DNA of 64,000 nucleotides from Giardia intestinalis (Eukaryota): NCBI GenBank assembly GCA_000002435.2, contig CM018791.1; one strand, 5' to 3'. Shown piece by piece: positions 61,431 to 64,000 of this stretch (position 1 is its first letter; each line of letters starts with the position of its first letter). The notes under the pieces were generated by a model. It saw only the letters and a program-made list of their open reading frames with translations, ran no database searches and was not told where the DNA came from. The position numbers and the translations under genes were made by a program.

Positions 61431-63308
61431 CTCCTCTTCATGGGCGGGTGCTACAACAAGGATGCACACCCTGGCAGTGAGATATGCACAGCAGCCAGTA
61501 ACGGAGTATGCACTGCTTGTAATACAAAGAACGGCCTGTTCAAGAACCCAGTTACACCTCAGAAGCCTGGTAGTGAGTGCATCCTCTGCTGGGACACGGT
61601 GGGAGATGGCGCGACGAAGGGAGTAGAGAACTGCGCACAGTGTCAGGCACCACAGAGTGCAGGAGCAGCTACATGCACTGCCTGTCAAGATGGATACTAT
61701 AAGAACGCTCAGACATGTGAGAAGTGTGATCAGTCCTGTCTGACCTGTGAGACTACAGAGACCCAGTGTACCTCTTGTAAGGGAAATACGTTCCTGAAGG
61801 ATAATGCATGCGTGAATAGTGATGGATGCACTGGAAACACTTATGCTGACCCTGTGACAATGACCTGCAAGGCGTCTGCAATAACTGATTGCACCACGTG
61901 TGAGTACAACCCGGCAACTGGGGGCCCAAAGTGCACGGCATGTAATGGAGCTAAGATAGTCAAGGAAGAGGCCGACGGGACGACTACGTGTATAGACGCC
62001 GGCACCTGCACTCAAAGCGGAGCAACTGGTGAGAACTTCTTGAGCGACGGAGATGCCGAATGCATACTATGTAGCAACGATAGCAGCAAGACAGATAATA
62101 ACAAGGGAAGCCCCGGTTGCGGGACCTGCAGCAAGAACGGCGCTAAGCCAGAATGCAAGACGTGCCTCGATGGCTACTACGACAGCGGGAACGGTAACCC
62201 CGCCGTATGCGTTGCGTGCGCTGGCGATTGCGGAAAGTGCGGGCCAGGAGGCGCTATAGATACCTGTGAAAAGTGCAAGCCAGGGTTTTTCTTAAAGAAT
62301 GACGGGGCCAAGAAGTGCGTCCCCTGCGACGATCCGACAGATGGAGTGCCCGGCTGTGCAACGTGCACCTTCTCTAACTCGTTTACTTGTGACTCTTGTA
62401 AGGTGAACTACCAAAAGAAGGTAGGGGCTGGAGGAGCGGTCACGTGTGAGAAGACTTGTGAAGACCCTACTGCTTGTGGTGGTACTTCTGGCGCCTGCGA
62501 TGCAATAGTGATCGACAACACAGGGAAGGAGCTTCACTACTGTTCATACTGTGGAAAGGACAGTGAGTTCCCCATTAATGGACTATGTGTTGGGAATGAA
62601 AAGAAAGAGGGGAATAACTGTAACAGTCATACATGTACATCATGTACTACAGGATACTTCTTGTACATGGGAGGCTGCTATAAGTATGATACAGAACCAG
62701 GAAGCCTCATGTGCAAGACCGCTGAAGGGGGCAAGTGCACAGTTGCCAATGATGGTAATAAGTACTTCGTAGTACCAGAGGCACAGACCACTGATCGGTC
62801 CGTGTTGGCCTGTGGCAACCCCCTTGGCACACTAGTAGGCACTGATAGTACCTCTAAGGCATACGTGGGGGTACTCAACTGTTCACAGTGTACAGCCCCA
62901 GCAGCTCCATCTGATGGTGGCATGACTGCCGCCACGTGCACAGCGTGTACCAACAACAACAAGCCCAACCTGGCTGGGAGCGGGTGCTTCCCATGTACCG
63001 TTAGTGGATGCTCGCACTGCAACAGGGATGACATGTGCGAGGCATGCAGTAGTGGTAAGAAGGTGAGCCCTGGAAGGAAGTCATGCGTGGATAGCTGCCC
63101 CAGCAACTCCACTGATGATAACTCTGTCTGTGTGTGCAACGATGGATATAGCCCTGACAGCAGTGGGACCTCCTGTGTGTCCTCTGGCGCCAACAGGAGC
63201 GGCCTCAGCACAGGGGCCATCGCGGGCATCTCCGTGGCTGTGGTCGTTGTCGTGGGGGGCCTCGTGGGCTTCCTCTGCTGGTGGTTCATATGTAGAGGGA
63301 AGGCGTGA
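61431..63308 (+). pseudogene. 5'-truncated VSP copy with no signal peptide and no independent promoter or ATG context. Homology to the complete VSP resumes mid-gene, corresponding to ~59455 of the upstream gene.
   Basis: Begins LLFMGGCYNKDAHPGSEICTAASNGVCTACNTKNGLFKNPVTPQKPGSECILC, versus upstream VSP residues ~90 onward (FLFMGGCYKTTDGPGSEICTAASNGVCTTCKADNGLFKNPVTPQKPGSECILC). Ends with the identical ...CWWFICRGKA. The track ORF (61158..63308) only appears longer because it reads through the junction repeat. Confidence 0.75.
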
Positions 63309-63322
63309 CTTAGGTAGTGAAT
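63309..63322 (+). terminator. VSP 3' conserved element and poly(A) signal CTTAGGTAGTGAAT (second instance).
   Basis: Identical to 61352..61365. Confidence 0.6.
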
Positions 63323-63329
63323 GCTGTAC

Positions 63330-63390
63330 AATGTGTGATAGAAGGTGATAGTGGGTGATAATGGGTGATAGAGGGTGATAGTGGAGTGTG
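63330..63390 (+). repeat. Second GTGATAG-type junction repeat tract (tgtgatagaaggtgatagtgggtgataatgggtgatagagggtgatagtggagtgtgata).
   Basis: Five or more GGTGATAR units seen directly. Same position relative to the VSP stop as the first tract. Confidence 0.8.
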
Positions 63391-64000
63391 ATATGCACAA
63401 AGGCTGAGGGAGGAGTGTGCACTGCTTGTAAGGCAGATAACGGCCTGTTCAAGAACCCAGTTACACCTCAGAAGCCTGGTGGGGAGTGCATACTGTGCTC
63501 TGATATCAAGGGAGCAGATGGATATACGGGGGTGGCTAACTGCGCACAGTGTACCAAGTCAGACAGTAGTCCAGGAGCAGCCACGTGTAGTACCTGCAGA
63601 GATGGATACTACATGGACTCTCAGGCATGTGTCAAATGTAATGACGCTTGTCTGACCTGCGATGGAAGTGGTCCGAATCAGTGTACATCGTGCCCAGAGG
63701 GGAAGTACCTGAAGACTGACAAGTCATGCGTGAATAATAATGGATGCACTGGAAACACTTATGCTGACCCTGTGACAATGACCTGCAAGGATTCTGCAAT
63801 AACTGATTGCACCACGTGTGAGTACAATGCGACCGTCAGTAAGCCCCAGTGCACCGCCTGTAATAACAATAAGAAGGTGAAGACGGCCATCGACGGCACC
63901 ACGACATGTGTTACTGTTACATCCGATTGCGTAGACGAGAATCACTTCAAGGCAGATGATGACTCAGCTTGTTATCTATGTAGTGATACAACAGGAACAG
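63391..64000 (+). pseudogene. Third VSP copy, 5'-truncated at almost the same internal point and running off the window end (partial).
   Basis: In-frame translation ICTKAEGGVCTACKADNGLFKNPVTPQKPGGECILCSD...CTGNTYADPVTMTCKDSAITDCTTCEYN... is homologous to both upstream VSPs. No ATG or signal peptide. Confidence 0.7.

Noticed and set aside
1-64000. Search for tRNA-like sequences (GTTCGA / TTCGAAT T-loop boxes with upstream acceptor symmetry) and rRNA fragments in intergenic spacers.
   Set aside because: The only matches (for example ttcgaatt at ~10751) lie inside coding sequence without a cloverleaf context. No RNA gene can be supported from the sequence.

Overview
This window reads as nuclear DNA from Giardia intestinalis, a diplomonad eukaryote. 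The evidence is cysteine-rich surface proteins with CXXC repeats ending in the Giardia-specific tail ...GGLVGFLCWWF(I/L)CRGKA (variant-specific surface proteins, VSPs), Protein 21.1-type ankyrin proteins, NEK-ankyrin kinases, a GC-rich alpha-tubulin gene, intronless densely packed genes with AT-rich initiators directly at the ATG, and AGTRAAY poly(A) signals at or just after stop codons. There are no prokaryotic features, no CRISPR and no recognisable tRNA or rRNA. 

The first ~43 kb is a compact housekeeping region. Recognisable genes are glycogen debranching enzyme, cytosolic aspartyl-tRNA synthetase, a 20S proteasome alpha subunit, a probable V-ATPase subunit E, alpha-tubulin, WD40 and coiled-coil proteins, a Protein 21.1 ankyrin protein and a CDC7-like kinase with a very long C-terminal extension. 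The rest are Giardia-specific hypothetical proteins. Intergenic spacers are often 10-150 bp. 

From ~43.4 kb to the end is an accessory region. Two near-identical but independently decayed, frameshifted copies of an R2-like restriction-like-endonuclease (RLE) clade non-LTR retrotransposon lie in inverted orientation at ~43.4-46.3 kb (minus) and ~54.7-57.7 kb (plus). They bracket a minus-strand block containing a NEK-ankyrin probable pseudokinase, a small ankyrin protein and a complete VSP. Downstream is a head-to-tail VSP array: one complete VSP, then 5'-truncated VSP copies joined through GTGATAG-type short repeats, with 3' ends made perfectly identical. 

The supplied ORF track uses non-ATG starts shown as M, so several CDS starts were moved to the first in-frame ATG that is preceded by an AT-rich initiator. 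Many overlapping or antisense ORFs in GC-rich segments are artefacts.
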